Shown in pieces: positions 61,394 through 64,000 of a DNA stretch of 64,000 nucleotides (its first letter is position 1; each line of letters starts with the position of its first letter). The stretch spans positions 19,158,001-19,222,000 of the forward strand of contig NC_090357.1 in NCBI RefSeq assembly GCF_035084215.1, written 5' to 3'. The notes below the pieces were generated by a model that saw only the letters and a list, made by a program, of their open reading frames with translations, was not told where the DNA came from and ran no database searches. Made by a program: the position numbers and the translations under genes. This DNA comes from Heptranchias perlo (lineage: Eukaryota).

Positions 61394-63554
61394 GGGACGG
61401 AAATTGCGCTGAGTGGCGAACGAACGTCGCCCGCCACTTGTAACTAATTCACCTATAAACTTTTCACTGACTTCTGGGTGCCAACTTGCATCTATGGAGA
61501 CCTGCAAGAAGTGCAAAGGTCTTTCCCAGGCTTCTCTGAGCTGCGAGAGCGGGGAAAAGATCGGTCTCTCCCCATCAGCTTGAAGCATCCTTCACAAGCC
61601 ACACAGATCAAGAACCAGGAAATGTCAGGTAGATTAGTAAATTCTCTATAAAATCAGTTCGAGAAAGAGATCTAAGGAGAAGACAAGACTAAAAGACAGA
61701 GGTAAAAGAGTCAGAAAGAATAAGTAAAAAAAACAATTTAATTTTTTTTTAAATATAAAAAATGTCTCCAATAATAATTTACCATTATTTAAAAAGGGAC
61801 AGAGAGAGAGATAGACTGAGTAATTACAGGCCAGTCAGTCTAACCTTGGTGGTAGGCAAATTATTGGAATCAATTCTGAGGGACAGGATAAACAGTCACT
61901 TCGAAAGGCACGGAGTAATCAAGGACAGTCAGCATGGATTTGTTAAGGGAAGGTTGTGACTGACTAACTTGATTGAATTTTTTTGAGGAGGTAACAAAAA
62001 GGGTCAATGAGGGTATTAAGTTTGATGTAGTCTACATGGATTTTAGCAAGGCTTTTGACAGATTGGCAAACTGGTCAATAAATACCCATGGGATCCAAGG
62101 GAAAGTGGCAAGTTGGATCCAAAATTGGCTCAGTGGCAGGAAGCAAAGGGTAATGGTTGACGGGTGTTTTTGTAACTGGAAGGCTGTTTCCAGTGGGGTT
62201 CTGCAGGGCTCAGTACTAAGTCCCTTGCTTTTTGTGGTATATATCAATGATTTAGACTTAAATGTAGGGGGCATGATTAAGAAGTTTGCAGATGATACAA
62301 AAATTGGCCGTGTTGGTTAATAGTGAGGAGGAAAGCTGGAGACTGCAGGAAGATATCAATGGACTGTTCAGGTGGGCAGAAAAGTGGTAAATGGAATTCA
62401 ATCCGGAGAAGTGAGGTAATGCATTTGGGGAGAGCAAACAAGGCAAGGGAATACACAATAAATGGGAGGATACCGAGAGGTGTAGAGGAAGTGCGGGATC
62501 TTGGAGTGTATGTCCACAGGTAGATAAGATGGTTGAGAAGGCATATGGAATGCTTTCCTTTATTAGCCAAGGTATGCCAGAACTGTATAAAATGGGACAG
62601 AGAGATAGACTGAGTAATTACAGGCCACAGCTTGAGTACTGCATACAGTTCTGGTCACCACATTACAGGAAAGATGTGATTGCACTAGTGAGGGTACAGA
62701 GGAGATTTATGAGGCTGTTGCCAGGATTGGAGATTTTTAGCTATGAGGAAAGATTGGATATGCTGGGGTTGTTTTCTGTGGAACAGAGGAGGCTGAGGGG
62801 TGATTTAATTGAGGTGTATAAAATTATGAAGGGCCTAGATAAAGTGGATCGAAAGGACCTATTTCCCTTAGCAGAGAGGTCAATAAGCAGGAGGCATAGA
62901 TTTAACATGATTGGTAGAATGATGAGAGGGGAGCGGAGGAAAATAATTTCACTCAGATGGGTGCTGGGGGTCTGGAACTCACTGCCTGAAAAGGGTGATA
63001 GAGGCAGAAACCCTCATCACATTTAAAAAGTACCTGGATATGCACTTGAAGTGCCACAACCTACATGGCTGCGGACCAAGTGCTGGAAAGTGGGATCAGG
63101 CTGGTTGGCTCATTTTTTGGCCGGTGCTGACACGATGGGCCAAATGGCCTCCTTCTGTGCCGTAAATTTATGATTCCAACAATTAATACTGGGAGGAACG
63201 AATCTCCACATTTTTAAAAGTTAATTTTCAGGATCGGAGATTGTTTGGCAGTTATCAATACTTACCACACTGTTAAAAATTAGTTTAGACCTAAAAAAAA
63301 AACCCAGCGTACCTTTTAAAGGTGGAGATTAGTTTGTGTCCAGCTAGGCAGGAAAGTTCGTGCTAGTCCATTCATTCAGCTGGCAAGGTCTCGAATGCAA
63401 AGCTTTCAAACGAGCAGGGCAAATGGTAGAGCAATTTCCGGATTTCTGCATTTGACTGCGGACGTGCACTCTCTGGAACTTGCGATTCCATTTGCCCTGA
63501 AATAACGATGAGTCCTGTTAGCCTCGCTGTAATTTCCCGAGCAATTTCCGGGCC
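61394..63554. mobile_element. TIR-bounded non-autonomous DNA element with a nested CR1
   Basis: GGGACGGAAATTGC at the left end and GCAATTTCCGGGCC at the right end (12/14 inverted match). No clean TSD. Confidence 0.5.
61788..63177 (+). mobile_element. CR1 LINE RT-to-tail fragment
   Basis: NYRPVSLT, QHGF, DFSKAFD, KFADDTK and a CR1 tail. Confidence 0.9.
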
Positions 63555-64000
63555 AACATTTATGTCAGGGCTTACCTGCATTAGGTCAATTAATAGCTCG
63601 ACGATGTGGTTTGTGACTTTTTAACCCAGATGCATAAGTTTGTTAATAATTAACTAGATTATCTTGACTGGCCGCTCTTAAAAAAAAAATTCATGGTGAG
63701 CCAACAAAATGGACACCATTCTCCTAGCATGCCGCTACAGAAGCCATTTTGGGGGTGTTACCTTTCTTAAAATTTTTCCTTAGCTTAAAAAATGAGCTTT
63801 TAAGAGAAAACCTGTAAATTATGGACAAACATTTTCCATTTTTGTCACACATTTTTGAATGACTGCAAGAAGAAATCACTGGTCCCACTTCATGTACAAG
63901 ATTAGTCACTAACAGGAAATGTGAAAACTAAATTATGGTATAGATGCAAAAAGATCATTCACACACACAACAGTAAGTTTCAATATTTATTTTATGGATG

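Noticed and set aside
55032-63909. Minus-strand gene joining 63909-63762 (LVHEVGPVISSC...) to a hydrophobic end at 55144-55032
   Set aside because: The splice phases fit, but acceptors are ambiguous and the resemblance to BST1/CD38 or hyaluronidase C-termini is too faint to support without a search.

Overview
Eukaryotic, repeat-rich vertebrate DNA, most likely a cartilaginous fish (shark). This is inferred from the repeat set: CR1 and L2 LINEs, Deu-domain SacSINE1-like SINEs and Penelope-type ends carrying hammerhead cores. Most entries in the ORF track are repeat fragments or antisense shadows. One host gene can be assembled by hand on the + strand from seven phase-compatible exons (19996-40581, 427 aa). 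It encodes a non-rearranging immunoglobulin-superfamily receptor: leader, germline-joined VJ-type domain, C1-set domain, C2/I-set domain, Arg-containing transmembrane segment and a short tail. Its first intron holds a decayed second copy of the VJ exon. The rest of the window is nested mobile DNA. There are five PIF/Harbinger copies, each with a transposase and a convergent spliced Myb/SANT gene: one near-intact, two sharing the same catalytic-core deletion and two decayed. There are also related MITEs, a decayed LTR retroelement with a tRNA-Arg primer site whose two LTRs differ by a ~45-bp inversion, and a near-full-length CR1 headed by five 90-bp monomers. All coordinates and translations were read by eye and no database search was run.
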